Source: Pristiophorus japonicus
Lineage: Eukaryota
DNA length: 64,000 nt
NCBI RefSeq assembly: GCF_044704955.1
Contig: NC_091984.1
Span: 147,374,001 to 147,438,000 of the forward strand
Direction: 5' to 3'
Within the stretch, counting starts at the first letter, position 1. Each line of letters begins with the position of its first letter. The notes beneath the pieces were generated by a model, which was not told where the DNA came from, made no database searches, and saw nothing but the letters and a program-made list of their open reading frames with translations. Position numbers and translations under genes: made by a program. Positions 13,465-26,463 of the stretch are shown one piece after another.

Positions 13465-13687
13465 TGTGATGCTCATAATAAATGTTCAGACCGAGTACTG
13501 TGTGTCATGAGCAAGTGTGACCTTAGCTCCTTTATTGTAGTTCCAGAATGCAGGTACTTCGTGGGTGGCCTGCTTATAGACTGTACTCCCAAGGGATGCT
13601 GGGATCCCTTGGAACTCCAACAGGTAGGCACTCTGGTGGACAGGTCTGATGCAGGTTACAAGGTTACAAGGGGTTAAATACATGACA
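13465..13687 (-). repeat. 3' LTR of outer Gypsy element
   Basis: Direct repeat of 24506-24732, about 92% identical by eye. Confidence 0.92.
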
Positions 13688-14594
13688 TCCCTCCCCCGTG
13701 AAGTCAACAATACACTTATTTACAAGGTGAGACGATCTGGGTCTCTGCGCTCCCTTGTCGATCGTCTTGGTACAAATGTTGATATGATTGGGTTGGTCAG
13801 TTCTTCATTGGACTGTTGGGCAGCCGGCCTTGCCGGGCTGCTGGTGATGACGAGTTCTGTTTCCTGGTCAACTGTGATGTCAGTTGTCACTTGTGTGCGT
13901 GTTGGAAGGTCAAAGTTGGTAGCGTCCTCTTGAGGTTGTCCGTAGCTGTTGGTGAACCGCAGTTTAATTTGGTCCAAGTGTTTTCTGTGCATTTGTCCAT
14001 TGGTCACTTTGACCTCAAACACCCTACTCCCCTCTTTGGCTGTGATCATGCCAGCAAGCCATTTGGGACCATGTCCAAAATTGAGCATAAACGCACGATC
14101 ATTGATCTCAATATCGCGTGACAAGTTTGCGAGGTCATGATACACACTCTGTTGATGCCGCTTGTCCTCCACGTGATCATGTAGATCAGGGTGGACCAGA
14201 GAGAGCCTTGTTTTAAGCGCCCTTTTCATGAGCAGCTCGGCTGGGGGAATCCCTGTGTGTGAGTGGGGTCTGGTGCAGTAGCTGAGCAGTACTCGGACAA
14301 CCGGTTCGGCAGGGAGCCTTCCGACACGTGTTTCAAGCTTTGCTTGATGGTCTGAACTGCCCGTTCTGCTTGGCCGTTGGATGCGGGCTTCAACGGCGGA
14401 GATGTGACATGTTTGATCCTGTTGCGGATCATGAATTCTTTGAATACGGCACTAGTGAAGCATGGCCCATTGTCGCTGACTAGGACATTGGGCAGGCTTT
14501 GCGTGGCAAACATAGCTCTTAGACTTTCAATGGTGGCTGTGGACGTGCTTCCAGACATTACTGCACAATCAATCCATTTTGTGTAAGCATCCAC

Positions 14595-14854
14595 TGTCAT
14601 ATATGTAACCTTCATGTAACGGTAACCTTCATGTAATAACACTGCATACTATATATACCTAAAAAATGTACACCTTGATCACAGGGGGTGAACTTGTGGG
14701 AGACACTCCTCATCTGGTCCTCCAGGTATATAAAGGGAGGTCCCATGCAGGGTCATCACTTCTTGGTCCTGTGAATAAAGGTTCAGGTCACAGAGTGACC
14801 TTGTCTGCAGAATGTGCCTCATGTGAATTTATATTTGTGTGTAAGGACATTACA
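14595..14854 (+). repeat. 5' LTR of inner Gypsy element
   Basis: TG..CA ends, TATATAA and AATAAA inside, direct repeat of 20099-20357. Confidence 0.93.
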
Positions 14855-15717
14855 TTTGGCGAAGAGAAACAGGAATCAACAACTCACGAGAATGGCCACC
14901 AGTAGCACAGAGAAACGGTACTGTGTTGGTAACGACTGGGACGATTTCATTGAGAGGCTCCAGCAGAGCTTTGTCACAAAGGTCTGGCTGGGAGATGCAG
15001 CGGCTGACAAGCGAAGTGCGCATCTACTGACCAGCTGTGGACCTAAGACTTACGCGCTGATGAAAGACATGCTCGCACCCGAAAAGCCGGCGGACAAAAC
15101 CTTTGAAGAGCTCAGCAAACTGATCAGTGAGCACCTCAAACCGGCGAGCAGTATACACATGGCCCGACACCGATTCTATACACACCGACGTTGGGAAGGA
15201 CAGAGCATACTGGACTTCGTTGCAGACTTTCGGTGCTCGGCCAGCCTCTGTAAGTTAACAGACGCCTGCAGGAGGGAGATGTTAAGGGATTTCTTTATTG
15301 AGGGCATTGGTCATGTCGGTATTTTCAGAAAGCTAATTGAGACCAAGGACTTGACCTTGGAAGTGGTGGCGTTCATGGCTCAGACCTTCATGGCAGGGGA
15401 AGAGGAAACCAAGACAATATACGCGCGCAACTCTGTTTCCAAGGTGGCAATGGATCAGGGAGTTAACATTGTAAACGCGACTCAGAACCCCGCAGGCAGG
15501 CAAGGGCAATTCGACACCACTCAGGCAGCAACAGACTCGAGAGTGGGTCCTCAACAGAGACAATGGCAGGTTGAATGGACATTTACGCCATCACGGTGGA
15601 CAATGTGTCGAGGGATGGGGCCATTGACACACACTAACAGAGTGCTCAAGAGTAATCAAAGAGATAATCAGAGAGGAATGCCTGGCAACAGCTCTTTTGT
15701 TCACAACAATCTCAGCT

Positions 15718-16755
15718 CATAGAAACATAGAAACATAGAAAATAGGTGCAAGGGTAGTCCATTCGTCCCTTCTAGCCTACACCGCCATTCAATGAGTTCA
15801 TGGCTGAACATGCAACTTCAGTACCCCATTCCTGCTTTCTTGCCATACCCCTTGATCCCCCTAGTAGTAAGGACTTCATCTAACTCTTTTTTGAATATAT
15901 TTAGTGAATTGGCCTCAACAACTTTCTGGGGTAGAGAATTCCACAGGTTCACCACTCTCTGGGTGAAGAAGTTTCTCCTCATCTCGACCTAAATGGCTTA
16001 CCCCTTATCCTTAGACTGTGACCCCTGGTTCTGGACTTCCCCAACATTGGGAACATTCTTCCTGCATCTAACCTGTCTAAACCCATCAGAATTTTAAATG
16101 TTCCTATGAGGTCCCCTCTCATTCTTCTGAACTCCAGTGAATACAAGCCCAGTTGATCCAGTCTTTCTTGATAGGTCAGTCCCGCCATCCCGGGAATCAG
16201 TCTGGTGAACCTTCGCTGCACTCCCTCAGTAGCAAGAATGTCCTTCCTCAGGTTCGGAGACCAAAACTGGACACAATACTCCAGGTGTGGCCACACCAAG
16301 GCCCTGTACAACTGTAACAACACCTCCCTGCCCCTGTACTCAAATCCCCTCGCTATGGAGGCCAACATGCCATTTGCTTTCTGAACTGCCTGCTGTACCC
16401 GCATGCCAACCTTCAATGACTGATGTACCATGACACCCAGGTCTCGTTGCACCTCCCCTTTTCCTAATCTGTCACCTTTCAGATAATAGTCTGTCTCTCT
16501 GTTTTTACCACCAAAGTGGATACCCTCACATTTATCCACATTATACTTCATCTGCCATGCATTTGCCCACTCACCTAACCTATCCAAGTCGCTCTGCAGC
16601 CTCATAGCATCCTCCTCGCAGCTCACACTGCCACACAACTTAGTGTCATCTGCAAATTTGGAGGTATTACATTTATTCCCCTCGTCTAAATCATTAATGT
16701 ACAATGTAAACAGCTGGGGCCCCAGCACAGAACCTTGCGGTACCCCACTACTCAC
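15718..16755 (-). mobile_element. CR1 (HER1-like) 3' 1 kb inserted in the gag zinc knuckle of the inner Gypsy
   Basis: ORF 15979-16836 RT C-terminus; (CATAGAAA)n tail at 15718; Gag NNLSS resumes as WRCGGRH. Confidence 0.93.
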
Positions 16756-19700
16756 TGGAGGTGCGGGGGCAGACATGCTGCAAAAACCTGTAGGTTTCAA
16801 CAATTTACCTGTAGAAATTGTAACTTCAGTGGACATTTAGCCAGAATGTGCAGGAAGCCTGCAGCGAGGCTAATTTACGAGGCAGATGAACCAGAAGAGG
16901 GGTCTGCAAGGCAGGTTGATGCTTGGGACAAAGCAATGGACGCTGAAGTTCAGCGGGTTCATGTAGCAAACATCCACAGCTCATATACCAAAACGCCAGC
17001 CATGATGATGAAAGTCCTATTAACCAGCATCCCGGTACGCATGGAGCTGGACAAAGGGCCAGCCAGCCACTTAGGAGTGTCCAACAATTCGAGAAGTTAT
17101 GGCCACTCCGAGCTAGCAGACCCAAACTAGAACGCATTGACATGCAATTACGGATGTACACCAAAGAGATCATCCCAGTGCGAGGCAGTGCAATGTTGCT
17201 GGTCACACATAATGGATCAGAGAACCGGCTGCCACTCTGGATTGTCCCGGAAAATGGTCCCGCGCTTTTGGGGAGGAGCTGGCTAGCCGAGATGAACTGG
17301 AAATGGGGGGATGTGACACCATTTCATCCATGGAGCAAAGTTCACGCTCACAGGTCCGACAGAAATTTGAGTCACTATTTCAACCTGGTGTCGGGACGTT
17401 TAAGGTTACCAAAGTCGTGTTACGCATCACCCCGGACGCCAGACCAGTGCACCACAAAGCCAGAGCTGTGCCGTATGTGATGCGGTAGAAAATTGAGAGT
17501 GAGTTGTACAGGTTGCTAAGAGAGTGCTTAATTACGCCCGTTGAATTCAGCGACTGGGCAAGCCCCAACGTCCCTGTCCTAAAAAAGGATGGCTCGGTCA
17601 GGATCTGTGGTGACTATAAGGCCACTATCAACCGAGTGGTTCTACAAGACCAATACCCGCTTCCGAAAGCAGAGGAACTTTTTGCCACGCTGGCAGGCAG
17701 CAAGCTGTTCACCAAGTTGGACCTCACTTCAGTCTACATACCTTGGAACTGGCCAAAGAATCCAAGCTACTGACAACCATCACCATGCACAAGGGGCTGT
17801 TTGTCTACAATAGGTGTCCATTTGGCATTCGATCAGCAGCTGCTATCTTTCAAAGGAACATGGAAAGCCTGCTCAAATCCATCCCTGGAACAGTCGTATT
17901 TCATGACGACATCCTTATCACGAGTCAAGACACCGAGGAACACCTCCACAACCTGGAGGAGGTGCTACGCCGACTGGACCGAGTAGGCCTGCGACTAAAG
18001 AAGTCCAAGTGTGTGTTTTTGGTCCCAGAGGTCGAGTTTTTGGGCAGGATGGTTGTCGCAGACCGGATCCGGCCTACCGAAACCAAAGCGGAGGCGATTC
18101 GTCGTGCGCCCAAGCCCGGCAACACATCGGAGTTACGTGCACTTCTGGGACTCTTGAACTATTTCGGGAACTTTCTGACGAACTTAAGCACATTGTTGGA
18201 GCCGCTACACATGCTCCTGTATAAGGGTTGCGATTGGTTTTGGGGGTCTGTCAGGAATGGGCTTTCAATCAGGCGCGGAACCTGCTTTGTTCAAATAAGC
18301 TGTTGACCCTGTACAAACCCTGTAAGAAATTGGATTTGACATGTGATGCACCATCCTATGGGGTTGGGTGCGTGTTGCAGCAGAGTAATGATGAGGGCCA
18401 ACTCCAAGCTGTGGCTTATGCCTCCAGGTCACTCTCCCAAGCAGAACGGGGATATGGGATGGTTGAAAAGGAAGCACTCGCATGTGTCTACGGGGTGAAA
18501 AAGATGCACAGTACCTTTTTGGCAGAAGTTAGAAATGGACTACAAGCCATTAACATCCCTGTTGTCAGACAACAAAGCTTTCAATGCCAATGTGTCAGCT
18601 CGCATACAGCGATGGGCTCTCACGCTGGCTGAATATGACTACACCATACGGCACCGGCCAGACACCGAAAATTGCGCTGACGCGCTCAGCAGGCTTCCAC
18701 TGGCCACCACAGAGGGGGCAGTAGAGCAAAGTGCTGAGATGGTCATGGCTGTCGATGCCTTTGACAGCGCAGGCTCCCCCATCACAGCCCACCAGATCAA
18801 AATCTGGGCCAACAGAGATCCCCTCCTATCCTTGATTAAGAAATGTGTCCTGCCTGGGGATTTGGCGCCCGCACATGGAGCATGCCCCGAGGAGGTCAGA
18901 CCGTTTCACAGACAGATGGATGAGCTCTCCATCCAAGCCGACTACCTACTATGGGGCAGCCGGGTAGTCATGCCCCAGAGGAGCAGGGAAGCATTTGTCA
19001 GAGAACTGCACAGCCATTGCCCGGTCACATATATGGTGGCCGGGAATTGACTCGGACCTGGAACACTGTGTTCACAGGTGCACGACGTATACCCAGCTGG
19101 GCAATGCCCCCAGCGAGGCCCCACTCAGCCCGTGGCCCTTGCCCACCAGGCCATGGTCACGTATTAACCTAGACTACGCGGGCTCATTCATGGAAAAAAT
19201 GTTCCTCATTGTTGTTCCTCAATGGATCGAGTGCATCATATTGAATTTGTGTCCGACATCCACCACTGTGGAGAGCCTGCATGCGGTCTTAGCGGTTCAC
19301 GGCTTGCCGGACATTCTGGTTAGCGACAATGGCCCGTGTTTCACTCACTATGAATTCCGGGAGTTCATGTCGGGTAATGACATCAAACATGTCAGGACGG
19401 CGCTGTTCAAGCCGGCTTCCAATGGCCAGGCGGAACGTGCGGTCCAAATAATAAAACAAGGCATGCTCCAGATTCAAGGACCCTCCCTTCAATGCCACCT
19501 ATCGTGCCTCCTGCTGGCCTATAAGTCCCGACCACATTCACTCACGGGAGTCCCGCCCATGGAACTACTCATGAAACGTACACTTAAAACTCGGCTGTCC
19601 TTCATTCATCCAGTCCTGTCAGACATTGTTGAGGGCAAGCGCCAGTCCCAAAATGAGTGCCATGACCGTAACTCAAAGGGGAGATGTATAGAAATCGATG

Positions 19701-20098
19701 ACCCTGTATTTGTTCTTAATCACGCTTTGGGGCCCAAGTAGCTTGAGGGTACTGTAATTGGCAAAGAGGGGAATAGGGTCATAGTGGTCAGACTTAAAAA
19801 TGGACAGATATGCCGCAAGCATGTGGACCAAGTAAAAAAAAAGGTTCAGCATGGACACTGAGGAACCTGTGGAAGATCATGAGATGTTGCCCACACCACT
19901 GCCAGTGAACGAGCAACAAGAACATTCAGCAGCATGCACAGTTCCTGTGGCCAGCCCGGACAGGCCGGAGTCACCACAGGTGACAGAGACGCATACCAAG
20001 GCTCAACAACCAGAGCCCCAACTTCGGCGCTCCACGAGAGAACGTCGACCGCCTGAAAGACTTAATCTTTAACCCCATAAGATGTTGGAGGGAGGTGA

Positions 20099-20357
20099 TG
20101 TCATGTATGCAACCTTCATGTAACTGTAACCTTTATGTAATAACACTGCATACTATATACACCTAAGAAATGCATACCTTGACCACAGGGGGTGAACTTG
20201 TGGGAGACATTCCTCACCTGGTCTTCCAGGTATATAAAGGGAGGTCCCACGCAGGGTCATCACTTCTTGGTCCTGTGAATAAAGGTTCAGGTCACAGAGT
20301 GACCTTATCTGCAGAATGTGCCTCATGTGAATATATAGTCGTGTGTAAGGACATACA
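20099..20357 (+). repeat. 3' LTR of inner Gypsy element
   Basis: About 93% identical to 14595-14854 by eye. Confidence 0.93.
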
Positions 20358-20804
20358 TCCACGACAACCAAAAACATTTTGCCTAGGAATGGGCCTGCAT
20401 AGTCTACATGGATCCTCGACCACAGTTTGGATGGTCAGGACCATAAACTTAGTGGTGCCTCTCTGGGTGCATTGCTCAATGGAGAGCAAGCACTGGCGTA
20501 CACATGACTCTAAATCTGAGTCGATGTCTGGCCACCACACGTGGGATCTGATATGGCTTTCATCATTATGATGCCTGAGTGGGTGCTGTGTAGTTCCCCA
20601 ATAAATGTGTCTCTGCTTTTCTTGGGCAATACCACAGGATTGCCCCACAAGAGACAGTCCGCCTGCAGGGACAGCTCATCTTTGCATCTATGGAATGGCT
20701 TAATCGCTTCCTGCATCTCCACTGGGACACTGGACCAGTTCCCATGGAGGACACAGTTTTTTTTACCAGGGCCAGTAAAGGATCCTGGCTGGTCCAGGTC
20801 CTGA

Positions 20805-21666
20805 CTAACGTTTGGCTAAGGTTTGGCAGATGGAATACAATGTCGGAAAGTGTGAGGTTATCCACCTTGGGAAAAAAAACAGTAAAAGGGAATATTATTT
20901 GAATGGGGAGAAATTACAACATGCTGAGGTGCAGTGGGACCTGGGGGTCCTTGTGCATGAATCCCAAAAAGTTAGTTTTCAGGTGCAGCAGGTAATCAGG
21001 AAGGCGAATGGAATGTTGGCCTTCATTGCGAGATGGATGGAGTACAAAAGCAGGGAGGTCCTGCTGCAACTGTATAGGGTATTGGTGAGGCCGCACCTGG
21101 AGTACTGCATGCAGTTTTGGTCACCTTACTTAAGGAAGGATATGCTAGCTTTGGAGGGTGTACAGAGACGATTCACTAGGTTGATTCCGGAGATGATGGG
21201 GGTTACTTTATGATGATAGATTGAGTAGACTGGGTCTTTACTCATTGGAGTTCAGAAGGATGAGGGGTGATCTTATAGAAACATTTAAAAGAATGAAAGG
21301 GATCGACAAGATAGAGGCAGAGAGGTTGTTTCCACTGGTCGGGGAGACTAGAACTAGGGGGCACAGCATCAAAATACGGGCCAATTTAAAACCGAGTTGA
21401 GAAGGAATTTCTTCTCCCAGAGGGTTGTGAATCTGTGGAATTCTCTGCCCAAGGAAGCAGTTGAGGCTAGCTTATTGAATGTATTCAAGTCACAGATTGA
21501 TAGATTTTTAACCAACAAGGGAATTAAGGGTTATGGGGAGCGGGCGGATAAGTGGAGCTGAGTCCACGGCCAGATCAGTCATGATCTTGTTGAATGGCGG
21601 AGCAGGCTCGAGAGGCTAGATGACCTACTCCTGTTCCTAATTCTTATGTTCTTATGTTCTTATATT
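20805..21666 (+). mobile_element. CR1 3' fragment, (TTCTTATG)n-tail subfamily, inserted in the outer Gypsy pol
   Basis: ORF 20812-21213; host reading ARQIR|TWT restored on removal. Confidence 0.92.
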
Positions 21667-24505
21667 CTGATCTGGCGGGCCGTAACAGGGGATTTCTCAT
21701 TCTCAAATGCCTCCATGACCATAAGCAAGTCCGCTGGCTGTGCCATTTCCACCCCAGTGGTGGGCAATGGTAGCCGACTGAGAGCATCTGTGCAGTTCTC
21801 TGTGCCCGGTCTGTGGCGAATTACATAGTTGTATGCCAACAGCATGAGCGCCCATCTTGGCATGCGGGCAGAGGCATTGGTATTTATCGTTTGCTCTCTG
21901 AGAACAGCGAAATGAGCGGCGTGTGATCTGTTTCAAGTTCGAAAGTCAGGCCAAGCAAGTACTGGTGCATTTTTTTTACAATGTAAACACACGCCAGAGC
22001 CTCTTTTTCAATCATGCTGTAGGCCCCTTCGGCCTTGGACAAACTCCTAGATGCATATGCAACCGGTTGCAAAATCCCCAATTCATTAGCCTGTTGTAAA
22101 ACACACCCGAACTTGTATGACGACGCATCGCAAGCTAACACTAGTCGTTTACATGGGTTATACAGGACAAGCAGTTTGTTAGAACACAGTAAATTTCTGG
22201 CTTTCTTAAAAGCAGCCTCTTGTGAATTCCCCCATACCCAGTCGTCTCCCCTGCGCAGTAGCGCATGCAAGGGTTCTAGTAGGGTGCTTAACCCAGGTAG
22301 GAAATTACCGAAGTAGTCAGGAGTCCCAGAAACGACGGCAGTTCTGTGGTCACAGCGTGTTCTTGATGGCCTCCGTCTTGGCGTCGGTCGGTCTGATGCC
22401 ATCTGCTGCGATCCTTCTTCCTAAGATTTCAACCTCCTGTGCCAGAAATACACACTTTGAGCGTTTCAACCTGAGCCCCACGCGATCCAACCGACTAAGA
22501 ACCTCATCCATAGTGCTCCATAGTGTCCCAACCTGTAACCAATATGTTGTCCTGGAAGACCAGTGTACAAGGAACCGACTTTAGCAGGCTTTCCATGTTT
22601 TGCTGGAAGATTGCTGCAGCCGACCGAATCCCGAACGGGCACCGGTTCTAAATGAATAGACCTTTGTGCGAGTTGATGCAGGTGGGGCCTTTTGAAGACT
22701 TCTCCAGCTCCTGCGTCATGTAGTCCGAGGTCAGGTCCAGCTTGTGAACGTCTTCCCTCCAGCAAGGTCGCAAATAGGGCGTCTGCCTTGGGTAGCGAAA
22801 AACGGTTAATTGTTACTTTATAGTCACCGCAAATTCTAACTGTACTGTCCTCCTTGAGTATGGGAACAATCAGGCCGGCCCAGTGTTGAATTCCACCGGC
22901 GCGATGATGCCCTCGCGTTACAGCCTGTCCAGCTCGATTTCCACTTTTTCACGCTTCATGTACGGTACCGCCCGAGCCTTGTGGTGGATCGGTCGCGTAC
23001 CAGAAACCAAATGGATCTGCATTTTCGCCCCCGAGAAACTTCCAATGCCTGGCTCGAATAACGATGAGAACTTGCTTAGAACCTGGGTACATGCGGTGTC
23101 ATCAACTGACGAAAGCGCTCGGATGTCGTCCCAGTTCCAGCGGATTTTCCCCAGCCAGCTTCTGCCAAATAACGTGGGGCCATCCCCTGGCACAATCCAT
23201 AGCGGGAGTTCGTGTACTGCTCCATCATAGGAGACTTTGACTTCAGCACAGCCAATTACCGAGATTAGTTCCTTTGTATAAGTCCTTAACTTCGTGTGAA
23301 TGGGGCTGAGCTTGGGTCTGTGTGCAATGGCTGCAGAACAATGGGACACTTCCAACGAATATGCAGGTGAGCTACAAACCCTGCAAACCCTGCAAATTAC
23401 CACGTTGCAGAGGAAGATCGGTCCACAGTGGAGCAGACGGATCTGGGTGCCTTCTTCCCCCACAGCCTGTCGAAGGCTGTTTTACTCATTATGGACTTGC
23501 TCCCGTGTACCGCTTCATCGACACTGGAATACCGTTCAGTTCAACTTTCAACATTATTGGTGGGCATTGCGTCGTGAACGTGTGTACCCCATACACCTCT
23601 GCCTCCTCAGTATGAGTTTCCAATTCCATCTGATCCACTGTGGACTGATCTTCCTCTGCAACGTGGTGGTTTGCAGGGTTTGCAGCTCGCCTGCACATTC
23701 GTTGGAGGTGTCCCATTGTTCTGCAACCATTGCATACATAGTGCTTAAAGCGGCATTGATGGGACCGATGATCACCTCCGCAGCACCAACAGGGTGTTAA
23801 CTGCCTCGCATTAACAGATGATGACGGATTCTGGGTCAATTGAGGTCAGGCCACAGCAGCCAGTGTGTACATTCTGCCATGTACATTTCTGCTCAAAACC
23901 GACGTTACTTTATGCACAGTACTGGCCAAAACTTCTTTGTTCTGCGAAATCTGCTTGGTGTTGTCGCTGGTGGACATAAATGCTTAGGCTATCGTTATGG
24001 CTTTATTCAGATTCGCAGTTTCTACAGTCAACAAGCTTGCGAAGGATTGTCTCATGTCCAATGCCCAGTACAAAAGAGTCTCTGAGCATTTGTTCTCGGA
24101 ATGCCTCAAACTCACAATGTTCTGCAAGGCGCCTTAGTTCGTGACGTAGCTTGCCACTTCCTGGTCCGCCGATCGTTGACACGTGTAGAACCGATATCTC
24201 ACCATCAAAAGGCTTTCCTTAGGATTTAGGTGCTCCCGGACCAGCGTACACAGTTCTTCATAGGATTTATCTGTTGGTTTAGCCGGGGCCAGGAGATTCT
24301 TCATGAGGCCATAGGTAGTGGCCCTACAGACGGTTAGGAGGATCGCCCTTCGTTTGGTCGCGTTCTCGTCCCCTTCCAGGTTGTTGGCTATGAAGTATTG
24401 GTCGAGTCTCTCCACATAGTCCTCCCTATCATCCCCCTCCGAGAACTTCTCCAGGATGCCAACTGTTCTTTGCATTTACGCGCGGTTCGTTATCTCGTCA
24501 CCAAT

Positions 24506-24732
24506 TGTTATGCTCATAATAAATGCTCAGACCGATTACTGCGTGTAATGAGCAAGTGTGACCTTAGCTCCTTTATTGTAGTTCCAGAGTGCAGGTACCT
24601 CGTGGGTGGCCTGCTTATATACTGTACTGCCAAGGGATGCTGGGATCCCTTGGGACTCCAACAGGTAGGCAGGCCCTCTGGTGGGCAGGTGTGAAGCAGG
24701 TTACAATGTTAAAAGGGGTTAAATACATAACA
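24506..24732 (-). repeat. 5' LTR of outer Gypsy element
   Basis: Adjacent to PBS at ~24494-24503. Confidence 0.92.
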
Positions 24733-24946
24733 ACAATGCTCCTGTGAAGCACTCGGGGAGTTTTACTGTGTTAAAGGTGCTGTATAAAAGTTGCTGTTGT
24801 TGTTTGTTCTGAGTTAGCTGTTCCAACTGAGGTCGGGATATGACTCACAGCTCAGACTGTGCGGCATCCAGTGATGCAATGTTGTATCGTGGGTTCAAGC
24901 CCCACTCCAGGGACCTGAGTGCAAAATAAAGACATACACGACTGTG

Positions 24947-25390
24947 CAGTCCTGAGGGAGTGCTGCACTGTCAGAGGGGCAGTACTGAGGGAGTGCTGCA
25001 CTGTCAGAGGGGCAGTACTGAGGGAGTGCCGCACTGTCGCAGGAGCAGTACTGAGGGAGTGCCGCACTGTCAGAGGGGCAGTTCTGAGGGAGTGCTGCAC
25101 TGTCAGAGGGGCAGTACTGAGGGAGTGCTGCATTGTCAGAGAGGCAGTACTGAGGGAGTGCTGCACCGTCCGAGGGGCAGTACTGAGGGAGTGCTGCACT
25201 GTCGGAAGGGCAGTACTGAGTAAGTGCTGCACTGTCAGAGGGGCAGTACTGAGGGAGTGCTGCATTGTCAGAGAGGCAGTACTGAGGGAGTGCTGCACCG
25301 TCCGAGGGGCAGTCCTGAGGGAGTGCTGCACTGTCGGAAGGGCAGTACTGAGGAAGTGCTGCACTGTTGGAGGGGCAGTACTGAGGGGTT
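24947..25390. repeat. 33-bp tandem repeat (CAGTACTGAGGGAGTGCTGCACTGTCAGAGGGG), about 13 copies
   Basis: Directly visible; inverted counterpart at 43960-44340. Confidence 0.95.
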
Positions 25391-25393
25391 GCC

Positions 25394-26463
25394 TGTAAGT
25401 GGTTCTCTCAGCCGTACCAAAAACGCACCTCCTACTACAAGTTCTGGACGATCGGGATTATATGGACAGACGAGACTCAGACACATGTTTTTCGGGTTCA
25501 ACCGTATTGTGTTTAATAAGTTTAACAACACCACTCATAAACAGTGCAAAACAGTACATCCCTGGCTTGTCCAATAAGCCCTGCCGTGCTAAGCTACCAC
25601 GGCTTAATAAAAGGACCCTCTCGTGAAATAAACTAACACAGGACCCCCCCAGCACTAAACCCCTTGGGTTTGGTTGGGACTTACAATCACCCCCTCACAC
25701 AGCTAAGTGGTCTTGTGGATGTGCAGGCGTAGGCAATATGCTCACCCTGATTGCCCGTTGTCTTGCTTGCAGCTTCTTCCTGAACGTCTCGCTCCTGGGT
25801 CTTTTCCTGAGCTTCTTCCACCTGAGCTGGAGTTTGTTGCAAAGTGGCTCCTTATATCCCCAAAACCCATCACTTTTCCTCCTGCCAATACTGACCGATG
25901 GATTGACTCCGGTGATCTGTCTGGACCCCTCCTCCCCGCCCTCCCCCCGTGGCCTGGAGTGGCTCGTAGCCTTTGAAATCTTTGTGAAAGATGATATTTT
26001 GTTTTCCCGCTCCCAGGCCTTGCATCTGGAGAGACAATGGGTGCTGATTACTGGATGTCTGTCGTTTCCTGAGTTGATGGCCCCCATTAGCAGGTAATGG
26101 GTTTCGATCACAAACCGATCTTGCTTAACTGGCTTATCTCCTGGAAGACAATGGGCCGGCCATTTCCTGCCTAGCACCAGTTTGGGTTGGGACTGAGTCG
26201 TGACTGTGCTTTAACAATGCGAAGGTACAGTGTCTTTGAGTTACCTCTCGGGGTATTGTTCCCAGGAATTACTTTAGATGGTGATGACATCAATGGGCCT
26301 GGGTTCCCTATTACCCAGCCTGTCAGTGTGAAATGTCCGGTTGTATATGAATGCAGCTAAGTGCCACCCCACAACCTCGCCAACAGTACAGTTCTTTCTT
26401 GGGGATTTGGATTTATGAAATTAAAATATTGTTGATAGAAATGGCCAGAAAGCTGGTGCTACA
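25394..26463 (-). mobile_element. 3' LTR (type A, 1070 bp) of a retrovirus-like element
   Basis: TG..CA ends, PPT GGGGGAT adjacent (26464-26470), TATA-like GATATAAG and ATTAAA on the minus strand. Confidence 0.85.

Larger units (their letters stand above)
14595..20357 (+). mobile_element. Ty3/Gypsy LTR retrotransposon (Mag-like) nested in the integrase of the outer element
   Basis: LTRs 14595-14854 and 20099-20357, perfect TSD TCCAC, PBS TGGCGAAGAG, PPT GGAGGGAGGTGA; Gag from ~14892, RT (FHDDILI), RH and IN, with frameshifts. Confidence 0.95.
13465..24732 (-). mobile_element. Ty3/Gypsy LTR retrotransposon (Mag-like), full span but degraded; outer element
   Basis: TG..CA LTRs 13465-13687 and 24506-24732, PPT at 13688-13697, PBS TGGTGACGAG, imperfect 5-bp TSD ATAAC/ACAAT; Gag (YVERLDQYFIAN, CCHC), PR, RT, RH (LACDASSY) and IN (VSDNGPCF) fragments. 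Confidence 0.93.
4852..26463. repeat. Left arm of a large inverted duplication (expanded by later insertions)
   Basis: Collinear reverse-complement match to 42889-51710 across CR1, SINE, unique DNA, satellite and LTR; about 94% identity by manual count over 13240-13450 vs 44560-44770. Confidence 0.92.

Noticed and set aside
24852-25398. Repetitive ORFs (TAPLTVQHSLS)n and (VLRECCTVRGA)n, also at 43953-44433
   Set aside because: Consequence of the 33-bp repeat period; no gene structure
25695-26177. 160-aa ORF within LTR-A, also open in the second copy
   Set aside because: Shared only through the duplication; it runs across the TATA region and has no recognisable motif
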